A stretch of 64,000 bases of DNA from Eledone cirrhosa. Lineage: Eukaryota. Shown in pieces: positions 37,721 to 50,543 of this stretch. Position numbers and translations under genes: made by a program. The notes under the pieces are model-generated. The model saw only the letters and a list, made by a program, of their open reading frames with translations. It was not told the DNA's origin and did not search any database. The DNA lies in NCBI GenBank assembly GCA_964016885.1, contig OZ024741.1, positions 129,208,001 through 129,272,000 on the forward strand, read 5' to 3'. Position 1 is the stretch's first letter, and every line of letters begins with the position of its first letter.

Positions 37721-38841
37721 GTAAGTTGTTTTCCCATTCTGGCATGGGTTGGATGAGAATTTTTGAGCAGTATTCTATAGTCAAATGCCCTGAATTACTT
37801 TTAAATATGCTATTTATCCCACTGATCTTCACCTGTTGAAACTGCTAAGCTATGAAACATAAACAAGCAGTGCCATGGCCATTCCCATTAAGAACAATAT
37901 ATGAGCATCCATTTGTTTTAAAAAAATATGATCTACTCAATGAATTATTGTGTAAGTGGCTGAGTATTCCACAGATGCATGAAGCATTAAACCTTCATTT
38001 CTGTATGAAGTTCACTGTATTTCAATTAATTATTGAAAAATTTTATGGGATTTATTAAAATTATTATTTCAATGCCTAGAGAGTCACTTAATATATGGTT
38101 CGTATATAGAATTGTTGGAAGATTTTAATTTATACAGGAACTGTTTAAAAGGCCTTTGTGAGGTTGTGAGTTTGATTTCCGGACTGGGCAATGCATCATG
38201 TCCTTCAGCAAGAGACTTTATTTCATGTTGTTCCTTCTGCTGTGAGTTGGAAAGACAAATGGAAACCACAGGCAGAATCCTTCATGAGAAATATGGTAAT
38301 AAAAAGGTTTAAGTATTGATACTGGACAGCACCTGTGAGGAAACTATATTGGGGTAGTCCAGTGTTTAGATGTTTTGGCTTTCCTGGATCAGCTGTGGCA
38401 AAATTCAAGCTGCGATGCGTTTATTATACTGGGTTGCAAACCCGTCCAACCAATGCCAGCAACAATAGTATAAACATTAATTAGAATGTTAATAATGATC
38501 TGTCATTGTAACCCACCCTACAACTTGATGGGGGTTGCTTTTCTGAAACTCTGTTGTCCAGCTCTCTTGGGAGTTTCTTACCACTTGTAAGGAACTAAGA
38601 TGACCAGTGTTAATTAACCAACACCACCATCACTACTTCCACCACAAGCAACAACCTCACCACAACCAACACCCCATCCACAACCACAACTGGTTACCAT
38701 GACAGAATTCTTAGAGGGGTAAAAGTTGAACCAAAGCAGTTTAGTGTTACAGAAGTCAGTCTAGCAGTTGACTTTAACACTGCTTTGTAAAGACAAAGGT
38801 CAAATATATGTAATGCTATTGTGTAGATGAGTGTATATAGA

Positions 38842-38890
<49 letters not shown>

Positions 38891-39302
38891 TATGTGTGTG
38901 TATGTATGTTTATAGGAATATTTGTGTGTGCATATATATGCATGTGTGTAAGCATACATGTGTGTTTGTGAAAGTTCATACCTACATACACACTTACCAA
39001 CACATACCTACCTATATAGGTATACACATTTATACACCCACCTATATACACATACCTACACATCTCTGCCCATCTAGCACCATTCATAGAAGTGATAATA
39101 ATGGCTCTAAACACATCAACTGAAAATGTCTCCTTCCTCATTGATCCAACTTTCCAGGATATTTTCTATTCAGAGATCCAGAGATTTCCTATCAAATCTC
39201 CAGGTTGGGTGTCCTTTTGTTTTTTTATTATTTTTATATTTTTCTTTTGTTTTTGCCACTTTTTATTTCATCACCATTATTGTTATCTTCAACACACGAT
39301 TT

Positions 39303-39336
<34 letters not shown>

Positions 39337-39977
39337 ATCATCAACACCAACATCATCGTTTAACGTCCATCTTCCATGCTAGCATGGGTTGGACGGTTTT
39401 GTCTCACTTAAGGCGAGATTGGTCGGGAGACTGTGTCTCGCTTGTACAGAACCGTTTCTAGCAGATTTTCTACGGCTGGATGCCCTTCCTAACACCAACC
39501 ATATTTACAGTGTGGAGTGAGAGCCTTTTTACTGTGTCTTCTACACGACCACTTTACAGTGTAGACTGGTTGCTTTTTGTTGTCACCTACACGGCCGCTT
39601 TACAGTACACGGAAATGGGAGAATGGGGTAGGGTGTGTGGGATGGAGTGTATATTGGGTTAAGAGGTGCTTACTGACTGTAGGTTTAAGTTTGTAAGCAT
39701 GGGAGGTGGGTCTTCTGTATAATTGCATAGTGCCAGACATCTTGATCCAGTGACATTGTCTTATATATATTCATTTTGCAAGGTTCTTGATATGAAATCG
39801 TGTGTTGAAACAACTATTGTTATATTTGGGAAGGGTCTTATTGTTATAATATTGCCAGAAATAATAATAAAACACTCTCACTGTTTGGTTTTGGTTGGTT
39901 TTCGCTTCTGTATATTTTATATCCCTATAGTTAATTTAGCTGGCAATCAATGTTTATCAGTAATTGACCAACAGTTA

Positions 39978-40038
<61 letters not shown>

Positions 40039-40342
40039 TATCAAAGTTTTTTCATTATACACCTGTGACATTATCAGTGGTACTATTATGTTTCCTCCTG
40101 TTGTATTGTAATGTCTATTCTATTTTTTATTCATTTATTTTTGTCTCTATTTGCGCATGCGTTTGTGTGTGTGTTTTCTGTTTGGTGTGTGTTTGTGTCT
40201 GAGTCTGTGTGTGCTTGTATTCTATCTTTACTCACTTGTGTGTGTTTATGTGTTGTTGTTGTTATTGTACCTGTGTATATTTGTTTATATTTATCTTAGG
40301 TCACTATTGTGTGTTTGTGTATGGTTGTTGTTATTCCATTCA

Positions 40343-40635
40343 TTATTTTCTGTTAAACTTTGGTTTTCTTGGTTCTATTTCAGTTGCTTCCCTAATTTGT
40401 CTACCTTTTGAATCATTTCTATGTTTAGATATTATTTGAATTTCTATGTTGTGTATATTACCATCATGTCTTAGTCTGGCCGGTTCATATAGTACCGAAC
40501 CATCTTTTTGTCCTTTTAGTTCACTCCATTGTTGGTATATTCCCTCCCCTATGCTCCAAGCTGTCTCTCCTATGTATATAGTTGTCATGTTTCTGCAAGT
40601 ACCCTCTGTACATCTTATGCTATAGACTACATTCC
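40343..40635 (-). pseudogene. PLE GIY-YIG endonuclease domain (C-terminal remnant)
   Basis: NVVYSIRC-x3-C-x6-YIGET...S.L...H...R.IREA.EI...PKFNR; the usual R..EH residues have decayed. Confidence 0.85.
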
Positions 40636-40687
40636 ATAAATAAAAAATAGAATAGACATTACAATACAATGGAGGGAAATATAATAA

Positions 40688-40731
40688 TACCACTGATGAT
40701 GTCACAGGTGTGTGATGAAAGAACTTTGGTA
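40688..40731 (+). ncRNA. Minimal type I hammerhead motif in PLE pLTR
   Basis: TACCA-CTGATGA-T-GTCACA-GGTG-TGTGAT-GAAAG-AA-CTT-TGGTA; stem I TACCA/TGGTA. Confidence 0.7.
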
Positions 40732-40904
40732 GACTATATTTATATCTATATTTTTAACTGTCGGTCAATCAATGATAAACATTGATTGCCAGCTTAATTA
40801 ACTATAAGGATATAAAATATACAGAAGCGAAAACCAACCAAAACCAAACTGTGAGTGTGTTTTATTATTATTTTAGACAATATTATACCAATATGAACCT
40901 CCAA

Positions 40905-40983
<79 letters not shown>

Positions 40984-41666
40984 TTAATACATTAGCAGAG
41001 AAAGCTATTAGCGATACTCCGACCAACTTCCATCTCACTCAACAAACATTAGGAAATACCTAAGTATATTCCCAATTATACGTTTGGGGTGCTAACTATA
41101 TTGTATTGTGTGGATAGTCGGCTGTATTATTTTATATGAGACATATATATGTATATATATATACCCATGTACACCTCCCACGTCCTAACACCCCACCTCT
41201 CAACCATGCTACTAGATCTACCTCCCCCACCCAAGTCCACAGTGTAAAGTGGTCATTTTGGTGCCATGTCAAAAAGTGGTCAGTCCACATTGTAAAATGG
41301 TTGTGTGGGTGTCATGACAAAATGTGCGTAGCCCACTGTAAATGTGGTTGGCATTAGGAAGAGCATCCAGCTGTAGAAACCAAGCCAAAATCTGTTCTGT
41401 ATGAACATGTCACTGTCGTCTGATCTGGCTTGTCTCACAATCAGACAACTCATCTAATCCTTGCTAGTGTGGAAAAAGACGTTAAATAGTGATGATGATG
41501 ATATATAGGTGTGTGTGTATATATATATATATATATACATACGCACAGAGAAAGAGAGTAGGATTGGCTCTGTAGTTGCTAGTTAAGGTAGGCTTAAAAA
41601 TAAGAATAAAGAAAGAGGGGGGGGGGTTCATCAGTTGTCTTCTGGGGGTCTCAGATATTTCCATGC

Positions 41667-41735
<69 letters not shown>

Positions 41736-42129
41736 CACGTGTAAGTTTTGGAATATTTGAGAGATGTTTATTCAACATTCCAATGTTAGCTTCATTTGAA
41801 GACAATAGTTTTATTTTAAAAAAAAACAATAAAAATACGAAAATCTGTCGAATATTTACACCTTTTTTTTTCATTTTCTTTCTCATTAAAAACTAGAAAA
41901 CATATACACGTATTTGATTATCTAATATAAAGTTCATTTTAATGTTTTAAATGCTATGAATATGGAGTAGAGAAGGTGCAAAGGTCATAAAGAAAACAGA
42001 CAGACAGATGCTTGGTAAAATGTGGCTAAGATCAGGTTTCAATGCTCACTGTGGCAATTTCACTTTAGTTTATAAAACACTGTTGATGAATTGAGAGAAG
42101 ACTGAGTGTCACTATCTCTATCTTTGATG

Positions 42130-42500
42130 AGCAGTGTTGATGCCTTGATGAAATACAACCAGCTCACTTTGTAAAGTGGCAGAGTTGATGCCATATTCAA
42201 ATATAACCAGCCCACATAAAGTGGTAGAGCTGGTACCACCATAAAATACACCCAACCCATGCTGTAAAGTGGTAGAGCTGGTGCCACATTAAATGCATCC
42301 AGCCCACTCTGTAAAGTGGTAGTGCTGGTTCCACCATAAAATACACACAACCCACTCTGTAAAATGGTAGTCTTGGTGTCACAATAAAATATATTTAACC
42401 CACTTTGTAAAATGGTAGTTTTAGTGCCATGATAAAATACACTCAGCCCACTCTGTATAGTGGTAGTCCTTGTGCTACGATAAAATGCACCCACTCCATT
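42130..42500. repeat. About 48 bp tandem array derived from the SINE/RTE tail subunit
   Basis: About 7 units of cccactctgtaaagtggtagtgctggt.ccac.ataaaatacac. Confidence 0.7.
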
Positions 42501-44100
42501 TTGTTTATGTTGGGGTGGGTGAGAAGAGGTAATCAATTCCAGTACTTGACTCAGTGGTTAGGCTGTGGGACTTGTTGGATTGTAATGTTGGACCAGGTGG
42601 TGCAGTGTGTTCTTGAGCAAAACACTTCATTTTATATACTCCAGTTCCCTCATCTAAAAAGAAATACCAGGTGTAGCTGGGGATTAACCTTGTGATAGAC
42701 TGGTGTCCTCTCCAGTGTGGAGTCATATACACTCAATCGCTTAAAGTCAATGGAAGCAGGATGGGCCTCCAAGCTTGGGATTGTTTTTAGTGGAAGTCGT
42801 TACCAATTCGCTCCCCCTCTTTCTTTATCTCTTTCTTTTTCTCTTTCTTTTTCTTCTTCATTTTCACTGCCCCCCCCCCCTATTATAGTGATAGTTATTG
42901 TGTATGTTGTTACACTTTCCATTAGCCCCAGTCTACCTGGGGTGATTGGGCTGGTGTTGTCATTGTTGTTGTTTAGTTCCAGGTCAGCCTTGACTCAGTA
43001 GATCTATGATCAAAGGTATTTCACTCATAGTCTATATAGTCTTTTTAAGACTATATAGGACTATGTTACTATTTAAAGTTTTCCCATTTTTTTTTTTTTA
43101 TCATTTGGGTCTATGAAACAAGATCATCTGCCAATTTAAAGAATTCCTATTTAGTATATATTTTTACCTTTTGCTATTTTAAGGCAATGAATTGGCAGAG
43201 TTGTTAGACTGTCAGATAGAATGCTTTGTGGTATTCATTCTGGATCTCTGTACTCTAGTTCAAATCCTGCCGAGGACAACTTTGCCTTTCATCCTTTCAA
43301 GGTTGGTAAAAATGTACCAGTCCAATACTGAGTTGATTCTTCCTCTGTTTCTTTCTCTTTTTCTCCATCACTCTTTCTCATTTTTTCTCTATCACTCTTT
43401 CTCACTTCTCTATCATTGTTTCTTTCCTTTTCTCTGTCACTCTTTCTCTTCTCTTCTCTGGAAGAAATTAGTTGTGTTGAGACCTAGAGAGGGATGGGCT
43501 CTTTTAGGTTAAAATGCTATATATGTCACTACAGCACCCCTACTCCATCAGGAGTTATGGGTCCATACATACATAAGTTATGTTACAAATGCCATCTCAA
43601 TGAAATAGTTAATAATTTCAGTAAATCCAAAGAAAATTCTTTATTAAGTAATTCAAATATTGTGTAAGTCATTAGAAATGTGGCAACAAAAGTGAAGTTG
43701 TGATTTGAGGAAGATATGACTTCTGTTTCTAGCAGATTGGAAGACCATGTAAAGGGTCTCTTGTTGACATTGGTAGGTGTGGTGTATGATAAGGTTGGCT
43801 ATAGTGTGATGGGTGCCACCCTCCTCCATCCTCACACATTGTTTAGGTTATTGATTTCTGTATTTTTGTTTGTTTGTTGCTTTTGAAATGTGTCACCCTG
43901 ATTATGACATTGCATCCTCCCCTCACCCTCTTCTCTCCATTGCACCCCTCTCCTCCACTCTTTCCTTTCACTATACCCCCTCAATCTCATCCTTATCCTC
44001 CCTGCTCATTTCTGTTTTTTTTTTTGAGGGGGGGGGGGGTATGGAGACTTCTCCCATCTCTTCAGCAGCATCGTGTGTGTGTGTGTGTGTGTGTGTAATT

Positions 44101-44268
44101 TAATATAGAAATGGCATCTACAGGACTAGAACTGTTTCATTTGAAAGGAAACAGTTCTAGTCCTGTAGAAGCCATTTCTATATTAGATTTTATACATACT
44201 CTACTAATGTATTGAGTACTTCACTTACTGTGGTTACCCCCCCCCCCCCCCCCCCATTGAACCTGGGA

Positions 44269-44270
<2 letters not shown>
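44101..44270. mobile_element. Small fold-back element with unpaired tail (family also at 44830-44985 and 58930-59120)
   Basis: Palindrome 44101-44185, then tail tgtattgagtac...tactgtggttacccc shared by the three copies. Confidence 0.7.
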
Positions 44271-44311
<41 letters not shown>

Positions 44312-44829
44312 ATGTGTGTTTAAAATGCTATAGTATTTAAAACATTCAAGCCTTAATTGAGCACTTAGTGGTGTGGTGGTGATGGGTTTTAATGTCATTG
44401 TTGTTGGTTGTGTGTAGCTTTTATTTTCTAAATATGAAAATAGCTGTGACTTCGAAGTTTCACTGTTTGTGTGTACTTGTGTTTGTGTCTGATTTTTGCC
44501 CTCCTGTCATATCTCACTTTCAAGAGTTTCTTCATGTATCTCATACCCCCCCCCCCCCCTCAACCACAAGGTGTATACTTTATATACTTTACTATAAACA
44601 TTGTGTGTACATGTCTATATCATCATCATCATCATCATCATCATCATTTAACGTTTATCTTCCACGCTAGCATGGGTTAAATGGGTTTGTCCCATTTGAG
44701 GCAAGTTTGGTCAGGTGACCGTGTCTCACTCATATAGGACTGTTTTTGGCCTATATATATGTCATCATCATCATCGTTTAACGTCCATCTTCCATGCTAG
44801 TATGGGTTTGACGACTTTGTTCCATTTGA

Positions 44830-44985
44830 TGTTTCATTCGGGAGAAATCATCAGGAAGCCCCTGATGATTTCACCCAAATGAAACAGTTCTAGTCCTGTA
44901 GAAGCTATTTCTATACTAAATATTTATACTCTGCTTTGTATTGAGTACCTTTCTTACTGTGGTTACCCCCGATTGAACCTGGTAT
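44830..44985 (+). mobile_element. Fold-back element with HHR-like motif
   Basis: CTGATGA-TTTCACCCAAAT-GAAAC-AGTTCTA-GTC; left arm cut by an RTE/SINE tail insertion. Confidence 0.6.
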
Positions 44986-45114
44986 AAACTTATATATATA
45001 TATATACATATATAGTTATGTAATAAACAACATAATTATGTTGTTTATTACATAATTATTAAGCTCTGTTACCTACATAGAGCACTCTCTTTTCCGACGG
45101 AATTACTTCATATA

Positions 45115-45430
45115 TCGTTTCTGAATTTGTTTAGCAAGATTCTTTATCTGAAATCGTGTGTTGAAACCGATATTCTTATACTTTGGGAGGGTCATGTTGC
45201 CAATAAGAAACACACGCACCAGTTGCTTTCACTTCAATTTATTATAATAAATTTATAATAAATTTATAAATTTATAAATTTCTGGTTGGTTGGTTGGTTC
45301 CACAACCAGATAGTTGTTTATATATTGTCATAGTTCTTTCGTCACACACTCTGTGACCTCTTCAGTGACTGGGGATTCCTTTCTTTGTTTTTGTGCCTCT
45401 CCTTTGTTCTGTCCTACGCCATTTTGTTTC
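45115..45430 (-). mobile_element. Solo PLE pLTR with tail
   Basis: aagattc...gaaatcgtgtgttgaaac.gatatt.ttata.tt.gggagggtcat terminus shared with 39780-39840 and 27545-27590; contains an HHR. Confidence 0.7.
45327..45369 (-). ncRNA. Minimal type I hammerhead ribozyme
   Basis: - strand GTCA-CTGAAGA-G-GTCAC-AGAGTGT-GTGAC-GAAAG-AA-CTA-TGAC; stem I GTCA/TGAC, stem II GTCAC/GTGAC. Confidence 0.75.
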
Positions 45431-45554
45431 ATATATATATATATATATATATATGCCTATGTGTGTATTCTAATCTATGTACTATATATGCATCTTTGAT
45501 GGGTGTAGTCCACCTGAGCACTGTACACAATAATTTTCATATTATATGTATGTA

Positions 45555-45614
<60 letters not shown>

Positions 45615-47649
45615 CACATACATGGGTGGGTGAGTGTTTGACTGTGGTGCTACTCCCTTAGTAAAGGATTTGTCTTGCTGTTTCCTTAAATGATTATTAT
45701 ATCTGTATGTGTCTGTCTGTATCTCATCCCACACCTCCATTTCATCCAAGCAGAGTGTGTATTCTCTGAACTCCTTCCTGCTTCATCAATTACTTTCTTT
45801 TCCTACAAACCTCATTGTGTCCTGTGTGTGTGTCTGTCTGTCTGTAGGACTTCCCTCCTCTTAATTCTAAATTCCCTCTGTATGTTCCCTTAACCCCTGC
45901 TGCAACACAGTGAGGTATGTTTGATTTCTTTCTCTTCCCTCTCCCCTTTACTCTGAGGCAACTCTTCCATCACACCCTTTGTGTATGTGTGTATGAATGA
46001 CTGACACACCCACAAAAGTGTTCACTTACTCTCACACTCTCTGTCTCTAACAGTCTTTGTCTGTTTCTGTCTACCTGTCTCTCCCTCTCTAACTGTCTTT
46101 GTCTGTCTATCTGTCTCTAACAGTCTTTGTCTGTCTCTGTCTATCTGATGTTCTGTCTCTAACAGTCTTTGTCTCTCTGTCTATACCATGCCAGGCTGTC
46201 CCCTCTACTACTACTACTACAACACATCTCCACTTACACAGACACTAGGAGGATAATTATCCTTGTTAATGGTAACATTTTCTTTATATTTTGTGTGTTT
46301 TCACCTGATATTGTTATTGTTGGTGGTTGGCTATGTTGTTGTTGGTGGTTTATGTTTGGCTGTAATTTCTACTATGTCAACTAACAATATAGAAGCTTTC
46401 TCTCCTCCTTCAGCATTTCAACTTTGACCATGCTGTGTTTTTATTTTTTAAAGATCACATTATCTGATGTCATTGTCATTGTCGACATCATCATCATAGG
46501 TCAGCTTTCCATACTGGCATGTATTAGCCGGGAGTTATGATGGCTTGGAATCAGTTGTTTTTCAGAGTTACTGCCCCTTCTAGATGGGTCAGGGAACCAT
46601 GTCATACTTGAACAGTCCAAATTTTGGCATAGTTTCTATAGAGCTGGATGTCCTTCTTAACACCAACCATTTTACAGAGTGTATTGGGTGCATTCTACCA
46701 TGACATCGACTCTAGAGAGGTTGTCATGTCCTGTCCTTAACAGAACTAAAGAGTCCTTTTTATCCCTATGTTGTACATTGTATACTATTTTATAGAGTGT
46801 ACTGGGTGCATTCTGCCATGGCACACACTAAAAAGGTTAGTGCCATGATAAAACCTATTCAGTACATGTATGTCTTTTTTTTTTTCTTTTAAAGAGGGTT
46901 TGAATGTGATTTGAGGGAGCTTTGACTATAATTTCTAGCAGATTTATGTGCACAATGTTGTGTTTATTTGTTTGTTTTCAGTTCTGTTTGCACATGTGTA
47001 TGTGTGTATAAGTGTGTGTATGTGTACATGTTTGTGTGTGTTTGTGTAAATGTGTGTGTGTGTGTGTGTCTCCTGTCAACTACTAAACATTCTTTATAAT
47101 TGCATTGTGTAAATATTCCTTCGTTCTTGGAAACTACTGACTTTCTGTCCCCCCCCCCCCATCAATGACCACCACCACCACCATTTGATGAGGATTATGT
47201 ATTTATCACTGTTTCTTCATCTCTTCCTTCCCACTTCCTCAACTCTTCCCTCCTTCTTCCTTATCCCTACCTTCCCCCTTTCCCTTTTCTTGGCTAACTA
47301 TGGAATTTATGGATTCTCTGTACATGCCTTTATGTGTGTGTGTTGGGGGGGGGGGGGCACGTATGCATGCCTGTGTGTGTGCGGAGGGGATGTATGCATG
47401 CCTGTGGGTGGGGTGGGGGGTGTATGCATGCCTGTGTGTGTGTGGGGGCATGTATGCATGCCTGTGTGTGGGGCATGTATGCATGCCTGTGTGTGTGTGT
47501 GTGGGGGCATGTCTGTGTGTGTGAATATGGGGTGGGGTGACGTATGCAAGCCTCTGTGTGTGGGCACATGCAAGCCTCTTTGTGTGTCTGGGCGTGTATG
47601 CATACCACTGTGTGTGTGTGTGGGCACATATGCATGCCTCTGTGTGTGT

Positions 47650-48107
47650 ATCATCATCATCATCATCATCAACGTTTAACGTCCGTGTTCCACGCTTGCA
47701 TGGGTTTGGACGGGGGTAGTCCCACTTGAGGCAAGAGTGATTGTCTTGCTCGCATAGGACTGTCTGGCAGGTTTTCTACAGTTGGATGCCCTTCCTAACA
47801 CCAACCACATTTACAGTGTGGGTCTGGGAGGTTTTTACCGTGTTGCCTACACGGCCACATTACAGCGTGGACTGTGTGTTTTTTTGTCGTGACACCTACA
47901 CGATCTCATTTGTTTCGGCCTCGATGGCGCGGCACCAACATAACTTTACATAGAACGGGGTGGTGTGGATGGGGTGGGGGTGGTGGTGGTGGGACGGGGT
48001 GTATTTTGTTAGAGATGCCTACTGGCTGGAGTAGGTTTTACTATATATTTAGGTAAGGCGGGTCTTCTCTGTTACTGAGTACCGCCAAAGGTCTCGGTCC
48101 AGTGACA
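47650..48107 (-). mobile_element. RTE LINE extreme 3' fragment
   Basis: MSLDRDLWRYSVTEKTRLT* plus a 3' UTR near-identical to 7485-7841. Confidence 0.85.
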
Positions 48108-48384
48108 TGTGTATGTGTGCATGTATGCATGCCTGTGTGTGTGTGTGTGTGTCATGAGCACGGATACATATTACTGTGTCTGTAAATAAATTCCTTTCCT
48201 CACTGTTTTTCTCTACCATTCGTATTGTAATTATATACATATGTACACACACATACACACACATACGGATACAGATGCATACATACATGCAGTCATACAA
48301 ACACATATATTCACACATGGACACATACAGACACAGACAGGCACACATACTCACAAATATACACACAGAGGCATGAACATGCAT

Positions 48385-48809
48385 TTAACCCTTTTGATAC
48401 CAAACCCCCATAAAACCACCCCTGGTTCGGTGATACAAAACTGTTTATTTTAAAGTGTTTACATTTATCTAAAAACCTTACATAATGATTTTATGTAAGA
48501 ACCTTTGTTAAGTTCTGGTCCAAACACCAGTTTAATAATGGGAAAGTTAGTTATATTACTAAAGTCCTCCAAATTGTTGGTTTCAAAATTAATCATAGAC
48601 AATGTCTTCCATGAGAAATATTGTTTCTACTTTAGGCACAGAGCCAGCAATTTGAAGAGGAGGGGAAAGTCGATTAAATTGACCCCTTTATTTACCGGTT
48701 CTTTATTTTATTGATCCTGTAAGGATGAAAGGTAAAGCTAACCTCTGTGGCATTTAGCTTTGCATTTCATCCTTATGGGGTCGATAAATAATGGTGACAA
48801 AAGGGTTAA
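48385..48809. mobile_element. piggyBac-like MITE with nested SINE
   Basis: TTAA-CCCTTTTGATACCA ... TGGTGACAAAAGGG-TTAA; SINE fragment at about 48620-48790. Confidence 0.7.
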
Positions 48810-50204
48810 AATGTTGTGTGCTTTTCATGACATTGACATCATCGTGATATCATCATTATCACTTTTACATTTAATATTTTCATGCTGACATGTGTTGAAT
48901 GAGACATTGTTAAGGCAGTATTTTATGGTTGGATGCCCTTCCTGATATCAATCCTCACTTTATTTTCAATGCTTTTGATACAAAACTGTTTATTTTAACA
49001 TATTCAAATTCATCTAAAAATGTTCCATTATAATTTTATGTAAGAACCTTTGTTAAGTTATGTTCCAAACACTAGCTTAATAATGAGAAAGTTAGGTTAT
49101 ATGACTAAATCCTCAAATTTTTTTCCATTCCTTCCTTTTATCATTATGTCTTTCTATTTCATCTTTTATACCTCATTCTATTTTCTGCTGAAGGACTAGT
49201 GTCCGAAATGTTAAGACTATTTTCCTGTTATTTCAAGTGTTTTAAACTAATATATTTCTTCATCGTATTGGGTTATTTGCTTTGTTATTTCTGTTTACAT
49301 TTTAAATAAATACATACATATGGATGCTCTTCCTAATCACAACCAGTTAACAGAATGTACCAGAAGCAGTTTTACATGGCATCAGCATTATCAATTTACA
49401 GGTTATACTGGCTACATTTTTTCATGGCACTTTTAGAGGGTGTAATGTGTAAGTTTTTTTTTTTTTTTGTAGCACCAGCACTTACAGTGTAGGGTGTATA
49501 TTATAGTAGAAAAAACTACCCTTGAAGTGTATTTAAAATCTAAATGCAACAATTAAACCTGTACCTGTGAGTTACTAAAACATTTAATCAACCCTCAATT
49601 TGAAGTGGAAGTGTGTGGCCTAGTGATTAGGGTGTTGGACTTGTGATCATAATGTTGTATGTTCATTTCCTAAACTGGGTTGTGGGTTCATTTCCTAGAT
49701 TGAGTTGTGTGTTGTGTTCTTAAGCAAAACGCTTCATTTCCCAGTGCTCCAGTATATTCAGCTGAAAATGAGTATGAGCAATAGCTGCGAGTTTAACTCT
49801 GCGATGGACTGACATCCTGTCCATCGCAGTTGCTTCACATCATGGAAAATGGGATATGCACTGGCTTGATAAACCTCCAGGGTTGAGACAGACTTAAGAC
49901 ATAGACAATTTCGTCACTACCTCTCTCATTGCTATTTCTTCTTCCTCTATTCCACCCTCTTGGCTGTCTGTCTTTGAATTAATGGAGACACCCTTTAGTA
50001 GTTATAACTTCTTTTTCCCAACCTTAATTGCCAAATATCATTTTTCTTGGTGATTTCCATGCAGATGCTTAGGATTAGAGACTGCACACATGGCAGTGAA
50101 AGTTTAAAGGGTGAGAGACTACACATAGCAGAGTTTAAAGGGTTAATAGATTCATGTGACAATGCTGAAGACCTCATACTACAACATTCAACACCATTGT
50201 CATT

Positions 50205-50543
50205 CATGTCCCTTATTTTTATTCTTCAGCAGATATAAGTAACATGTCCCTTCTTTTTTGTTCATCCTCATATACACACATCATGTCCTTTCTTTTTTGT
50301 TCTATTACATATACAATCAACATGTCCCTTTTTTGTTCTACAGATACAAGCATCATGTCCTTTATTTTTATCCTACAAATGTCTCTCTCTCTCTCTCTTT
50401 TTGTTTTGTTTTTCAGAAGATGCAATCATCATGTCCCTTTTTTTCTTGTTCTATTACAAATACAATCAACATGTCCCCATTTTTTTTGTTCTTCAGAAGA
50501 TACAATCATCACGTCTCTTTTTTTTGTTTTACAGATACAAGCA
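50205..50543 (+). repeat. About 38 bp tandem array overlapping the exon K acceptor
   Basis: About nine units CATGTCCC-(T-rich)-GTTCT..CAGATACAA.CA; the last unit is the real 3' splice site. Confidence 0.8.

Larger units (their letters stand above)
39770..40912 (-). mobile_element. 5'-truncated Penelope-like element: GIY-YIG remnant between inverted pLTRs plus 3' tail
   Basis: Inverted arms 39815-40134 and 40636-40912, tail about 39770-39814, HHR motif in each arm, long (TA)n flank. Confidence 0.88.
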
